A program made the translations under genes and the position numbers. A stretch of DNA of 64,000 bases from an uncultured delta proteobacterium. Its GTDB lineage: Bacteria; Desulfobacterota; Syntrophia; Syntrophales; UBA2185. Every line of letters begins with the position of its first letter. The stretch's first letter is position 1. Under the pieces are notes generated by a model. That model searched no databases and was not told where the DNA came from. It was given only the letters and a program-made list of their open reading frames with translations. This document shows positions 20,960-32,682 of the stretch, piece by piece. Location: assembly GCA_963695875.1 (NCBI GenBank), contig CAVOID010000005.1, positions 32,001 through 96,000 on the forward strand. Reading direction: 5' to 3'.

Positions 20960-21814
20960 CTAAAAAGTAAATATTGCTCCGACATTCAGTCCATACTGGT
21001 TTGTTCTACTTGAGGGCTCATAAAAATAACCGCTCACTGCTCCGTAATATGTACGAGATACTATATCACTTTGGCCAATCGCACTGTATTCATACCAAGG
21101 CTTGACGATAACCGACCAATATTGAGAGAGCTTAAACCGTAAAGGCATTTCAGCGTACCATCCGGTTTTGTTCCCCAATTTGAACTCAGGATCGTTGTAG
21201 CCAGGGTCTAATTCAGAGAAGTAGGCCGTCATCTTGCCATAAAACATTATACGAAGACCAACATTTGGTTCAATGACCAGTCTGTCACCGATGTTAAAAT
21301 CGGCCGAGATACCAACAGGAATATAATGCCAGTAATACCTCTCCTTATAAGAGATGTAGGTTTCCGTTACTTTTGCGTACCCTCGGTCCCACTGACGGTA
21401 ACCATACCCTGTATAGGGCTTGATGGAAATATTATTAGTAACGGCGAAATTGTATCCTATGTTCCATTCTCCGCGAAAAAGAAATTGATGATTATCATCT
21501 GAGAATTTTATCGGCGTTCCGGCTTGTGTGGTACCGTCGAATTCGGTATCACCGTAAGAAAATTCAAAAAAAACCTTCGAATAAACGGCATTTTTTTTAT
21601 TGTAATTCCATCCCAGATAGACACCCGGCAGCCACCCGCTTTCAGTGCTCTTGAAGGGGGCCGGCAGATCTTCTTTATAGTCAAATTTATAATACATAAA
21701 GCTGATTTCAAAATTCTGATTAGCTGAGAGCTTTTGTGCTTCAGCCGCCACGGTAAAAACGGGTAATGCTAAAAAGAACAAACCGATTAAGGTACAAGTG
21801 AACTTAGCCTTCAT
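20960..21814 (-). CDS. Outer membrane beta-barrel protein
   Basis: Signal peptide, aromatic-rich alternating strands, C-terminal Phe. Confidence 0.8.
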   Translation of the reverse strand: MKAKFTCTLIGLFFLALPVFTVAAEAQKLSANQNFEISFMYYKFDYKEDLPAPFKSTESGWLPGVYLGWNYNKKNAVYSKVFFEFSYGDTEFDGTTQAGTPIKFSDDNHQFLFRGEWNIGYNFAVTNNISIKPYTGYGYRQWDRGYAKVTETYISYKERYYWHYIPVGISADFNIGDRLVIEPNVGLRIMFYGKMTAYFSELDPGYNDPEFKLGNKTGWYAEMPLRFKLSQYWSVIVKPWYEYSAIGQSDIVSRTYYGAVSGYFYEPSSRTNQYGLNVGAIFTF

Positions 21815-22106
21815 AAATCAAATATCCTTTTTCTTGTTTATAATAATGACTGAAATCTTCATCCCCTCGATGTCCGTTTGTCAGGTTGGCTTCGTAGCAT
21901 ATTCAACTATTTTATGCAATTGTTTCGTGTTAGAAATTTCACATGGCGGCTGGAGCATCGAGAATAAACAATTATTTCATAACATATTGTTATCCATATA
22001 TGGATACGTTTATCTCAGCATTTGTTTAATCAATTCTTTTATGATAGTAAAAAGACATTACGTATGCCTGATATTTCCTTCTTAATAAAACAGGTACATC
22101 GTTCCC

Positions 22107-23081
<975 letters not shown>

Positions 23082-23305
23082 TACAAGACCCAAGATGCCT
23101 GGGCTGTAAGCGACAATGATTAACGACTCACCGCATCAAATGGCCTACATATAGTACCAGGGTAATGGCCAGGATATGCAGTATCCACCAGCCTGGTTGC
23201 CATAATAAAAAACGATGCATGAAATCCTCCTCCCGCAACTTTCGGCGCAAACCATTAATGTGTTCACCTAATCATAATTTTGCCATAATCTAGCAGTTAC
23301 TAACT

Positions 23306-23803
23306 TCATTTCCATATCATATAGCCTAAAGTATACACAACACTCAGGGCAACCAGGTGTACCCACCACCAGCCCATATTCGGATAGCGGAAGAACCGGC
23401 CCTTGCGAACGGCATTCTCGGGCTGTTTGAGCAGCTCCAGTTCGAACAGTGCCTTGCCTACGACAAATTTCCCCCACAATATTATGATATCCGCAAGCAG
23501 AGTTTTAAACAGTACCGATTGCGGTGTCCAAACCGCCGGTGCATTTTTCAGAGAGAAATGTGCCATGGCAATAGTCCCGATAATCACTGTCATGCCATTG
23601 AGTACATATCCGAATGCCACGGTCCGGTGGAAGCAAAATAAAACAGTGATGACAACCACACTAAGCATCCCCGATACAGCAGGGATGACATCCCAGGGAT
23701 CTTCACCTAGGGGATGAACGCGGCTATGCAGCAAAAATCCACCTAATGCCAGAAAAAAAAGGGAACAAATCAATAAGACACGCAGATTTTGTTTTTGAGT
23801 CAT
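23306..23803 (-). CDS. Hypothetical multi-pass membrane protein
   Basis: 165 aa with four or five hydrophobic segments; GGGGTG RBS-like sequence upstream. Confidence 0.7.
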   Translation of the reverse strand: MTQKQNLRVLLICSLFFLALGGFLLHSRVHPLGEDPWDVIPAVSGMLSVVVITVLFCFHRTVAFGYVLNGMTVIIGTIAMAHFSLKNAPAVWTPQSVLFKTLLADIIILWGKFVVGKALFELELLKQPENAVRKGRFFRYPNMGWWWVHLVALSVVYTLGYMIWK

Positions 23804-23980
23804 GCTTCACCCCCTTCGGATTTATAAAAAATCAGCCGGAATACCCCATCCTGTGAAAAGGCAAGAATGGCAACCAGCAACTTTGCGAATGTAATACCAT
23901 CCGATGTTTTACAGATGCTCCGCCCTCCTGGCGGGGAAATTCGCTTTCAGAGGTCAGGTCAATCAGAAGCTGGTCTTCTT

Positions 23981-25090
23981 CTATCTGCACAAAGGCTGAG
24001 GAGTGCCGTATTTAGTCAGGACAATCTGCCAGAGTTGATTGCACCTGGCACGGAACGCTCCGGCAGAAGATAGCAGATAGTATTCCCACATACGTTTGAA
24101 CCTGTCATCGTATCTGCTTTTCAGTTTCGCCCACGCCTTCTGAAAATTTTCGTGCCAGGCCATCAGAGTCTTTTCATAGTGAGGGCTCAGGTTGTGCAGA
24201 TCCTCCATGACGAATAACCCTTCCACGGCTTCACCGATTTGAGCAATACTTGGCAGCATGCCATTGGGAAAGATGTATTTATCTATCCAGGGATCGCAAT
24301 GCATTAGAGATTCATTGCCGCCAATGGTTTGCAGAAGGAAGATACCGTTATCTTTTAGGCAGCGATGGACTGTCTTCATAAAGGTTTTGTAGTTTTTCTG
24401 GCCGACATGTTCAAACATACCGATGGATACGATTTTATCGAATGAACCCTGGAGATCACGGTAATCGCATCTAAGTATCTGAACCGGCAAGTCTTTGCAA
24501 GATTCTCTGGCGTAGCTGATTTGCTTTTCGGATATATTGATGGCGGTCACCTCGCAACTGTAATGTTCCGCAATATACTTTGCAAATCCTCCCCAGCCAC
24601 AGCCCACATCCAGTAGATGATCTTCTTTGCCGAGACTGATTTTTTTGCAGATCAGGTCGATTTTTCTCTGCTGGGCTTCATTCAAGTCTTCTGTTCCATC
24701 GAAATATGCACAACTATATTGATTGTACGGGTCGAGAAATGACATGAACAGTTCATTATCAAGATCATAGTGTCGCTCAGCAACAATGGCGGAGCGTATC
24801 TTCGACTGTAGATTGAATATAACAGCAGACAGGATTGGCATAAGGGATTTAAAGCCACCTTTGATTTTTGTATCAAGTCCGGCTGTCAGGATCTTACATA
24901 TGAATTCATCCAGTTGCTGGCAATCCCACCACCCCTCCATGTATGATTCACCGAGACCAAGATTCTTGTTCTGCAACATCTGCAGGAAAGTACGGTCATC
25001 TCTGACCCGTATATCCCATGGACTGTTACCATTGATAGTAATACCGATGGGAGCAAGCATTTTTTCAATCATATATTTTTGTCTGAGCAT
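23981..25090 (-). CDS. cfa: Cyclopropane-fatty-acyl-phospholipid synthase
   Basis: LGLGESYM, HYD, YSCAY, LDVGCGWG, SIGMFEHVG and YIFPNG motifs. Confidence 0.95.
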   Translation of the reverse strand: MLRQKYMIEKMLAPIGITINGNSPWDIRVRDDRTFLQMLQNKNLGLGESYMEGWWDCQQLDEFICKILTAGLDTKIKGGFKSLMPILSAVIFNLQSKIRSAIVAERHYDLDNELFMSFLDPYNQYSCAYFDGTEDLNEAQQRKIDLICKKISLGKEDHLLDVGCGWGGFAKYIAEHYSCEVTAINISEKQISYARESCKDLPVQILRCDYRDLQGSFDKIVSIGMFEHVGQKNYKTFMKTVHRCLKDNGIFLLQTIGGNESLMHCDPWIDKYIFPNGMLPSIAQIGEAVEGLFVMEDLHNLSPHYEKTLMAWHENFQKAWAKLKSRYDDRFKRMWEYYLLSSAGAFRARCNQLWQIVLTKYGTPQPLCR

Positions 25091-25403
25091 CGCGCGCCTC
25101 CTCTATATGCGGCTAATTATATTGCCTGCTATTTTGAAGACGTTGTTGAAATAGTGAGTAAATGATCCGCCTCTGCCAATCATTAAAAAAAGATAATGTA
25201 AAGTATGGACGGTTACAATAGTAGTTGAATGAATGCAAAATGGCAGGCTAATATTACCACGCTGAGGATATTTGCTATTGTAGTATTTACCTACCACTAT
25301 ACTTGCATTAAACCATCCTTGTATTTTATTAAGCGACAATCTATAAAAAATGCAAATTATAGAAATAACCATCTAAATTAACAATTTTGGAAAGGATGGT
25401 AAT

Positions 25404-25745
25404 ATGATTTATCTACCAATAATATTATTTGCTATTGCGGCGCTCGGCGGTTTGGCGCTAATTTATCTAAAGTTCAGTGGACAAGTAATTCCAATGTATC
25501 TGGCTATCGTCCATGGACTTTTCGCAGCAGCAGGGCTTGTTGCATTAATAGTCAATGTTTACATGAACACGGCAATCACCCTGATGAACATATCTCTGGC
25601 GTTATTTGTTATCGTGGCCATAGGCGGCTTTATCCTTTTCTCATTCTACTTGAGGAAGAAAGAACTTCCTGATGCATTGATTGCGATACATGGCTCAGGT
25701 GCGGTTATCTCCTTTGTATTGCTTTTGATTGCGGTATTTGCATAG
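25404..25745 (+). CDS. Small four-TM membrane protein
   Basis: 113 aa hydrophobic protein with two HG motifs; RBS upstream. Confidence 0.7.
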   Translation: MIYLPIILFAIAALGGLALIYLKFSGQVIPMYLAIVHGLFAAAGLVALIVNVYMNTAITLMNISLALFVIVAIGGFILFSFYLRKKELPDALIAIHGSGAVISFVLLLIAVFA

Positions 25746-25828
25746 CGTCATCGGTGGACATATATTTTGGTTCCCTTAGATAATGGCAATTCAGGTTGGT
25801 GAAGTGGATTAAATTCAAGGAGGAAGCA

Positions 25829-26350
25829 ATGAGAAAAATAATTTTTGTCTTTTTCATTGTAATATTCATTACCAGTTATGCCCTGGCTGACGAAACAGTC
25901 ATACAGATCTATCTGGTAAATGATCAGGGAATCGGTAAAAATATTGGTGTGGTCACTGCTACTGACAGCCAGTATGGTCTCATCCTCGTTCCGCAATTAA
26001 GGGATCTTGCGCCCGGCATACATGGATTTCATGTACATCAGAACCCTGATTGCGGTCATGCCATGAAAGATGGCAAGCATGTCGCGGGACTGGCTGCAGG
26101 AGGACACCTCGACCCGCTTAAGACAGGCAAACATGAAGGACCATACGGAAAAGGACACCTGGGAGATCTCCCGGTCCTTTATGTGGATGCGGACGGCAGG
26201 GCGACGTTGCCCGTGCTTGCGCCCAGGCTGAAAGTTGCGGACCTGAAGGGGAAATCACTGATGATACACGCCGGCGGCGATAATTATTCAGATACCCCTG
26301 AGGGGCTTGGCGGTGGCGGTGCAAGGATTGGCTGCGGCGCGATCAAATAA
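25829..26350 (+). CDS. sodC: Cu/Zn superoxide dismutase, periplasmic
   Basis: HGFHVH, GGHLDP, HLGDLP, IHAGGDN and GARIGCG motifs; signal peptide; AGGAGG RBS. Confidence 0.95.
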   Translation: MRKIIFVFFIVIFITSYALADETVIQIYLVNDQGIGKNIGVVTATDSQYGLILVPQLRDLAPGIHGFHVHQNPDCGHAMKDGKHVAGLAAGGHLDPLKTGKHEGPYGKGHLGDLPVLYVDADGRATLPVLAPRLKVADLKGKSLMIHAGGDNYSDTPEGLGGGGARIGCGAIK

Positions 26351-26472
26351 AGTAAATGTTGAGCCGCCCTGAATATTTCATATCATAGGCGGCCGCTTTG
26401 GTTTATTTATCAGGACAAAGAAAATAGCCTGTTTACGGAGATAGTAAAACTCTATCTTTTTCCCCTTCTGTA

Positions 26473-26510
26473 CAAAGGCCATCAACGGATGATCCCGGAG
26501 ATGGCCTTTG
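26473..26510. terminator. Hairpin between convergent genes
   Basis: CAAAGGCCATC...GATGGCCTTTG inverted repeat. Confidence 0.55.
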
Positions 26511-26535
26511 CATTTTAAATTCTATTGCCGTTGAC

Positions 26536-27168
26536 TTAAAATACCTTTTGAAAATCCCTGTCTCTGAAAATGGTGGCTATCATCTGATCTACAAGCTTGT
26601 AGGCCCCTTTTTCAAGTTCCTTGGTATCCTGGCTGGATACCGGCTTGACGGTTACGGTATAATCTTTCTGTAATTTGCTCTCACCATTTTTTAACAGCAA
26701 AACCTGAAACTTTGCCTCCTGGTCCGTCATCGATGTCAGAATGAGTTGGAATTCGGTGGCTCCCTTAACCGCCGCTGGTGCTCGCGGCGGCGGTGCTGCA
26801 CCCCACCAGTAGGGGTGATATGGATTCCAGTAACCGCCATAGGACTGGTCATAGACCTTCATACCCATTTGCTGAAAGGCTTTCTGGAAGCAGTACCATA
26901 GATAGGACTCGAGGTGCGTGGTTGCTTCATAGTATGTTTTGTTATCAGCGCTGTTATAACCCCATTGCTTCGTGTTGGCTGCCTGATTGATGAAGTTGTC
27001 AAGAATCACCGCCTTGCCCTTAAAATGACCGAACTCCGCTGACCGGATACCGGGTGTATAGCTTTCCTGTTTCACGGTGACCTTCGTACCTGCCGCGCAT
27101 CCGAACATCAAAAAAGCTGCTGCAATGCATGTCAGATATCGAATCTGAATGAATTTCCTTTTCATCAC
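26536..27168 (-). CDS. Lipoprotein of unknown function (paralog of 57441..58049)
   Basis: Lipobox-like MFGC; shares KGK-V---NF-NQA--T--W-Y-S-D and Y-WY-F-KA with 57441..58049. Confidence 0.8.
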   Translation of the reverse strand: MMKRKFIQIRYLTCIAAAFLMFGCAAGTKVTVKQESYTPGIRSAEFGHFKGKAVILDNFINQAANTKQWGYNSADNKTYYEATTHLESYLWYCFQKAFQQMGMKVYDQSYGGYWNPYHPYWWGAAPPPRAPAAVKGATEFQLILTSMTDQEAKFQVLLLKNGESKLQKDYTVTVKPVSSQDTKELEKGAYKLVDQMIATIFRDRDFQKVF

Positions 27169-27483
27169 CTTCCTCCTCTCTTTTTAAATAACATGTCTCG
27201 ATCCAAGATCATTCATTCAAGATGAATGACTCATATGCTGCATGTTGGGAAGCTTTACCGGAAATTTGTCGCCCTCTATGAATCTCTTTTGTTTGTGTAA
27301 ATATAAGTATAGGAAACGGATAGTCATGAGTCAAGAAGAAAATGGCCACAATATGGCAAGACTATATTGATGCTGATATCCGGCAGCCAAGAATATTCTC
27401 AAGTTGCTTTATCAAATGTCTTTTGGTATCGTACCGGCGCGCTGATATTCATTATCACGGCAGGAAAAAGGTCTTGGCAAAAA

Positions 27484-30469
27484 ATGGCAGACAGGATTGA
27501 AATAGGATTCAAAGAAGGGATAAGAGACGCCCTCGGGGAAAAGATTAAGAGAAGAATCGTCGAACATCTACACATCGATGTTGATTGCGTGAAAACCATT
27601 GAAGTCCATACCATCGATGGAAAGCTGACCCGTGAGGATCTGAAAATGGCCGCTGCCGGCCCTCTGTCAGATCCGATCATCCAGAATTTCGCCATCAACA
27701 GCGGCCTGGCTGACAGGTTCGACTGGATGATTGAGGTGGGATTCAGACCGGGTGTTACAGATAATGTTGGAAAGACTGCCAGAGAGGCTATTGAGTTGCT
27801 CCTGGGGAAAACATCGGACCGGCTTTCCGGGGTTCATACATCAAGACAGTATGTGATTGAGGGGCCGATACGCCGTAAAGATGCAGAGAGAATCGCCTCG
27901 AGCCTTCTCGCCAATGATCTCATTGAGACGGTACACAATCGTTGATGGAAAATCCTGGGACAAGCGTAAGGGCATGCCTGCCTATGTGCCGCGTGTCATC
28001 GGTGAAGACCGCCTCAGTGTTGAAGAAATCAATCTCAATGTCAGCGACGAGACGCTTCTTAAAATCAGCAACGAACGCGTCCTTGCTTTGAATTTGGATG
28101 AGATGAAAGCCCTGCGGAATTATCTGAGAAATGAGGCGATACTGGGGGAGAGGAAAAAGGTAGGTCTAGGTGAAAAAATGACCGATGCCGAGCTGGAATG
28201 TCTGGCCCAGACATGGTCCGAACACTGCAAGCACAAGATATTCAATGCACTGATTGTTTATGAAGACGAACGCGGCAAAAGGGAGGAGATAAATTCAATA
28301 TTCGACAGCTATATCAGGAGATCCACAAAGGAGATCAGAGAGCGCTTGGGTAAGGATGACTGGTGCCTGTCCGTGTTTGTCGACAATGCCGGAATTATTA
28401 AATTCAATGACGAGTACAATCTTGTATTCAAAGTGGAGACGCACAATTCTCCTTCAGCCCTCGATCCCTATGGCGGCGCCCTGACGGGGATTGTCGGAGT
28501 CAACAGAGACCCCTTCGGAACCGGAAAAGGGGCCAAGCTGATTTTCAACACGGATGTCTTCTGTTTCGCACCACCCGCGTATGATAAGCCACTCCCGAAG
28601 CGGATCCTCCATCCGAGAAGAATCTATGAAGGTGTTCGGGAAGGCGTCGAGCACGGCGGGAATAAGAGCGGCATCCCGACGGTTAACGGGTGCATCGTAT
28701 TTGACGAGCGATTCCTGGGGAAACCGCTTGTGTACTGTGGAACAGGCGGCATCATGCCGTCTCGCATCCGGGGAGAGCCTACGCATACGAAAGAGATACT
28801 GCCCGGTGATGCGGCTGTCATGGCCGGAGGCAGAATCGGAAAAGACGGGATTCACGGTGCCACGTTTTCTTCTGAGGAGCTTCATGAGGGTTCCCCCGTG
28901 ACAGCTGTCCAGATCGGTGATCCCATCACTCAGAAAAAGATGACTGATTTTCTCCTGATTGCCAGAGACCGCGGCCTCTATCGGTGCATTACGGATAACG
29001 GCGCAGGCGGTCTTTCTTCCTCTGTCGGTGAGACAGCCCGCTTATCCGGCGGCTGTGAAATCGACCTGAAAAAAGCTCCCCTGAAGTATCCCGGGTTGAA
29101 CCCCTGGGAAATTCTCATCTCTGAATCGCAGGAGAGGATGACACTGGCGGTCGCCCCGGAGAAGGTCGGAGAATTCCTTGACCTCGCGCAGAAGATGGAT
29201 GTGGAGGCGACCGTTGTCGGCAGATATACGGATTCGGGAAGGTTCCATGTTCTTTATGGAGACCAAACGGTTGCCTATCTGGAGATGGATTTCCTCCACG
29301 GCGGGGTTCCACAGATGCGGCTCTCGGCAAAATGGACACCGCCCAGGCATCCGGAGCCTGATTTTCCCGAGCCCGCCGACTATGGGGCAGGCCCTGAAAG
29401 AAATGCTCTCCCGACTGAATATCTGCAGCAAGGAGTCTGTCGTCAGGCGGTATGACCATGAGGTTCAGGGAGGCAGTGTTATCAAACCGCTGGTTGGTGT
29501 TTATAATGACGGGCCGGGCGACGCCGCCGTGATCCGGCCTGTTCTTGACTTCCTTCGAGGGTGTGGTGGTGGCCAGTGGCATCTGCCCCCGCTACAGTGA
29601 TATTGATACCTACCATATGGCCGCATGCGCAATTGATGAGGCTGTCAGGAACGCTATTGCCGTGGGCGGAAGCCTGGAGCAGATGGCCGGACTGGATAAC
29701 TTCTGCTGGTGTGATCCGGTCCAGTCGGAAAAAACGCCCGACGGCGAGTATAAACTGGCCCAACTCGTCCGTGCAAACGAGGCTCTGTATGATTACACAA
29801 CGGCTTATGGTGTTCCCTGCATTTCGGGAAAAGACAGTATGAAGAATGACTACCATATCGGGAATGTAAAAATATCGATCCCTCCGACGCTTCTGTTTTC
29901 TACCATAGGAAATATCAGAGGATGTACGGAAAGCAATCACCATGGACGCGAAGCGCCCGGGTGATCTGGTCTATATCGTCGGTGAGACTTATGCTGAATT
30001 GGGCGGTTCCGAGTGGTATGCCATGCATGGCTGCATAGGGAATGGAGTCCCAAGGGTCAATGCAGAAAAGGCGAAGGCATTGTACAACGCACTGAGCGGG
30101 GCCATTCAGGAAGGGGCTCGTCGCTTCCTGTCACGATTGTTCTGACGGGGGCCTGGGTATTGCCCTTGCCGAGTCGGCTTTTGCCGGCGGTTTGGGCATG
30201 TCGATCGATCTTGCTCTTGTTCCTTCTTCCGGTATTGACCGGGATGACGCGCTTCTTTTCTCAGAGTCCCAGAGCAGATTTGTCGTTACAATTCCCCCCG
30301 CTGTGAAAGAAGTCTTTCGAGGAAATGATGAAGGGAGTTATCTTCAGTCAGGTGGGAACAATCCTTGCCGAAGGGTCTATTAAAGATGGATGGAATCAGA
30401 GGAAACAGGATCATTGAGGAAGATATAAGCGAGTTAAAAGCAGCATGGCAAAAGCCGCTGGACTTTTAG
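27484..30469 (+). CDS. purL: Phosphoribosylformylglycinamidine synthase PurL with N-terminal PurS-like segment; several frameshifts
   Basis: PGVTDN, QTWSEHCKHK, KVETHNSPS, DNGAGG, SESQERM, YDHEVQ and SGKDSMKN motifs across successive ORF pieces. Confidence 0.92.
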
Positions 30470-30496
30470 CGTTCGACAAGGGGTTGTTTACAGGGT

Positions 30497-31324
30497 ATGC
30501 CGAAAAAAGTTAAATCAATCGTCATTACGGGAAACGGAACTAACTGTGAGATGGAGATGGCCCACGCTTGCAGACTCGCAGGCTTCGATGAGGTGGATAT
30601 CGTCCACATCAGCGAATTACTCTACGGTGAAAAAAGCCTCGATGATTACCATTTTCTTAACCTGCCCGGCGGTTTTCTGGACGGCGACGATTTGGGATCG
30701 GCGAAAGCGGGAGCAAACCGTATCCTGCATGCGAAGGTCAAAGGGAAACAGGAGATACTATACGATCAGTTTGCGAGGTTTATCGAACAGGGTAAGCTGA
30801 TCCTGGGCGTCTGTAACGGCTTCCAGCTGCTTGTTAAACTGGGCATGCTTCCCGGCTTTGACGGAGATTACCGGACGCAGACCGTAACCTTGACTTTCAA
30901 CGATTCGGGCCGCTTTGAAGATCGATGGGTCTATCTCTGGGTGAACCGTGATTCCCCCTGCATCTTCACAAGAAATATAGGGGGGCTGTATCTACCCGTA
31001 CGACACGGGGAGGGAAAGTTCATTACGAAAGATGAGGATATTCTCGAAAGGTTACACGATGATCGCCAGGTCGCTGTTCAGTACAGTCATCATGATTATG
31101 CGGATATCGCCATGGACTATCCCGCCAATCCTAACGGTGCTATAGACGGCATCGCCGGTATCTGCAATGAGACGGGAAGGATCTTCGGCCTTATGCCCCA
31201 TCCGGAGGCCTATCTCCACTACACCAACCATCCCCGCTGGACCCGGGAAAAACTTCCAGAGGAAGGGATGGGTCTTGCTATTTTCAAGAATGCTGTCGAT
31301 TTTATCAGGAAGGCCTCATTTTAA
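30497..31324 (+). CDS. purQ: FGAM synthase glutaminase subunit
   Basis: GTNCE, PGGF, GVCNGFQ, HGEG and MPHPE motifs. Confidence 0.95.
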   Translation: MPKKVKSIVITGNGTNCEMEMAHACRLAGFDEVDIVHISELLYGEKSLDDYHFLNLPGGFLDGDDLGSAKAGANRILHAKVKGKQEILYDQFARFIEQGKLILGVCNGFQLLVKLGMLPGFDGDYRTQTVTLTFNDSGRFEDRWVYLWVNRDSPCIFTRNIGGLYLPVRHGEGKFITKDEDILERLHDDRQVAVQYSHHDYADIAMDYPANPNGAIDGIAGICNETGRIFGLMPHPEAYLHYTNHPRWTREKLPEEGMGLAIFKNAVDFIRKASF

Positions 31325-31554
31325 TGACTTCTTTCTGTGGCGGCTTATAATATAATTCCCTTATTTCTTGCTTCTTCCGTTTTTTTCATATTACATTTCA
31401 TAAATAGCGCGATTTGAGGTAAGACGTTTTGGAAGCTATCGCTAAGATATTTGGAGATTTAGAATCATGCATCCCCTTATAGCCGGCTCCTTGAATCGTA
31501 ATATAATATTATCCTAATTATAGGAGAAATTTTCGGCGGATCAACGCGGGGAAT

Positions 31555-31827
31555 ATGATGGAAAATTTTAAAAAGCCGGCAGCCTTTCTTTTTGCGAGCT
31601 GTCTATTGCTTCTCGTCTCTTGTTCAGGAGACAGACTGTATTATTCTAACAAACAAAATCCTGTCGACGATATAAGGAAAAGCTTTGGGGAGCCTCTGGC
31701 AGTTGAGAGTTTGGCCGACGGATCTGAAAGGATCATGTACCTTGTTCATGATCCTATGGGTTCGGGCTATAGTGTAAGGTATTTCATCATCCGAGACGGC
31801 AAAGTTGTTGGCGGCGGCGTTCGATAA
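31555..31827 (+). CDS. Small lipoprotein
   Basis: Lipobox LVSC after a hydrophobic stretch. Confidence 0.65.
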   Translation: MMENFKKPAAFLFASCLLLLVSCSGDRLYYSNKQNPVDDIRKSFGEPLAVESLADGSERIMYLVHDPMGSGYSVRYFIIRDGKVVGGGVR

Positions 31828-31974
31828 AGGAGACGGGATTTCACAACTTGGTGTTTCTTTAATCGGAATTTTAGAAGGATGCGACCACAAAACGCTCTGG
31901 GATTTCGGCTCGCCGGGATGACGGCGTTGCAACCATATTAAAAAAGCTATACTATTTTATTCCTCCGGATATGA

Positions 31975-32310
31975 TCAGGGTCTGATAATTCTGGAGGTGG
32001 CCTGTTCCTGCATTTCCTTGGCCCGCTCAATCATATTCTTGATTGTCACTTCCATGACTTCAGGAAAATTTTTCATGGCCTCCGGGAGTGTCTTCGCTGG
32101 GATCTGGCACTGAATCGGTATAGGTCCCTCTGGAGTTACTAGTTGTGTCTGCCCGATGAAAAGGGATTCTCGACTTTTGTCTCTGTTTCCGTCGGGTGTC
32201 ACGGGTGTGAGTCGCCGGATCCACCCGACCTTCAGATCAGTAAATGTCTCTTCATGGTATAGATTATCCTGGTCAATCTTCATTTCGGGTGTGTTCTTCT
32301 GATCGTCCAC
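31975..32310 (-). CDS. Hypothetical cytoplasmic protein
   Basis: 111 aa with LYHEETFTDLKVG..RRLTPV..DG and terminal SRIIRP; GGAG RBS. Confidence 0.7.
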   Translation of the reverse strand: MDDQKNTPEMKIDQDNLYHEETFTDLKVGWIRRLTPVTPDGNRDKSRESLFIGQTQLVTPEGPIPIQCQIPAKTLPEAMKNFPEVMEVTIKNMIERAKEMQEQATSRIIRP

Positions 32311-32442
32311 GGTAATGTTTTATCTCCTTTCAAGTAGTGTATCAATCTAAGTACATCAGTATATCAATTAGGTCAATTTTTATTCTTTTCCATTTGTAAT
32401 TTATTGCAGATGCAACGGGTAAAGGCCCGCATAAATTTCCTA

Positions 32443-32470
32443 TTGACAAATGATGTGAATATTATAAGAT
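32443..32470 (+). promoter_or_regulatory. Sigma70-type promoter upstream of the cimA leader
   Basis: TTGACA-N16-TAAGAT. Confidence 0.45.
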
Positions 32471-32523
32471 AACATAAAATATAATCTGAACTCTTAGAAC
32501 GACAAAGCAGCATAAAAGGAAAC

Positions 32524-32580
32524 ATGATCACCGCACAGTCTGTCATAAGAATCGAGGGCATAATTAGGTTCCCTAAATAG
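32524..32580 (+). CDS. Ile-rich leader peptide (attenuator) of cimA, 18 aa
   Basis: MITAQSVIRIEGIIRFPK has 5 Ile, AAAGGA RBS, and lies upstream of a terminator and cimA. Confidence 0.7.
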   Translation: MITAQSVIRIEGIIRFPK

Positions 32581-32633
32581 GAAGCCTGGTAGTGGTGTGG
32601 TGTTTCGTTAAAAAATTTAAGAATAAACTTAAT

Positions 32634-32667
32634 CCGTTATCAGGCTATCTGATAGCGGTTTTTTTTT
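32634..32667 (+). terminator. Intrinsic terminator in the cimA 5' leader
   Basis: CCGTTATCAG-GCTAT-CTGATAGCGG stem-loop plus T9, 15 nt before the cimA ATG. Confidence 0.85.
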
Positions 32668-32682
32668 GAAAAAGGGGGAGTT

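Noticed and set aside
23981..25090. cfa as part of the lipid cluster
   Set aside because: It is a canonical stand-alone cfa, several kb from block A and flanked by unrelated genes.
27484..30469. purL (and cimA, Rne/Rng) as pseudogenes or programmed frameshifts
   Set aside because: Indels are scattered across many unrelated genes with intact motifs, so sequencing error is the simpler explanation.
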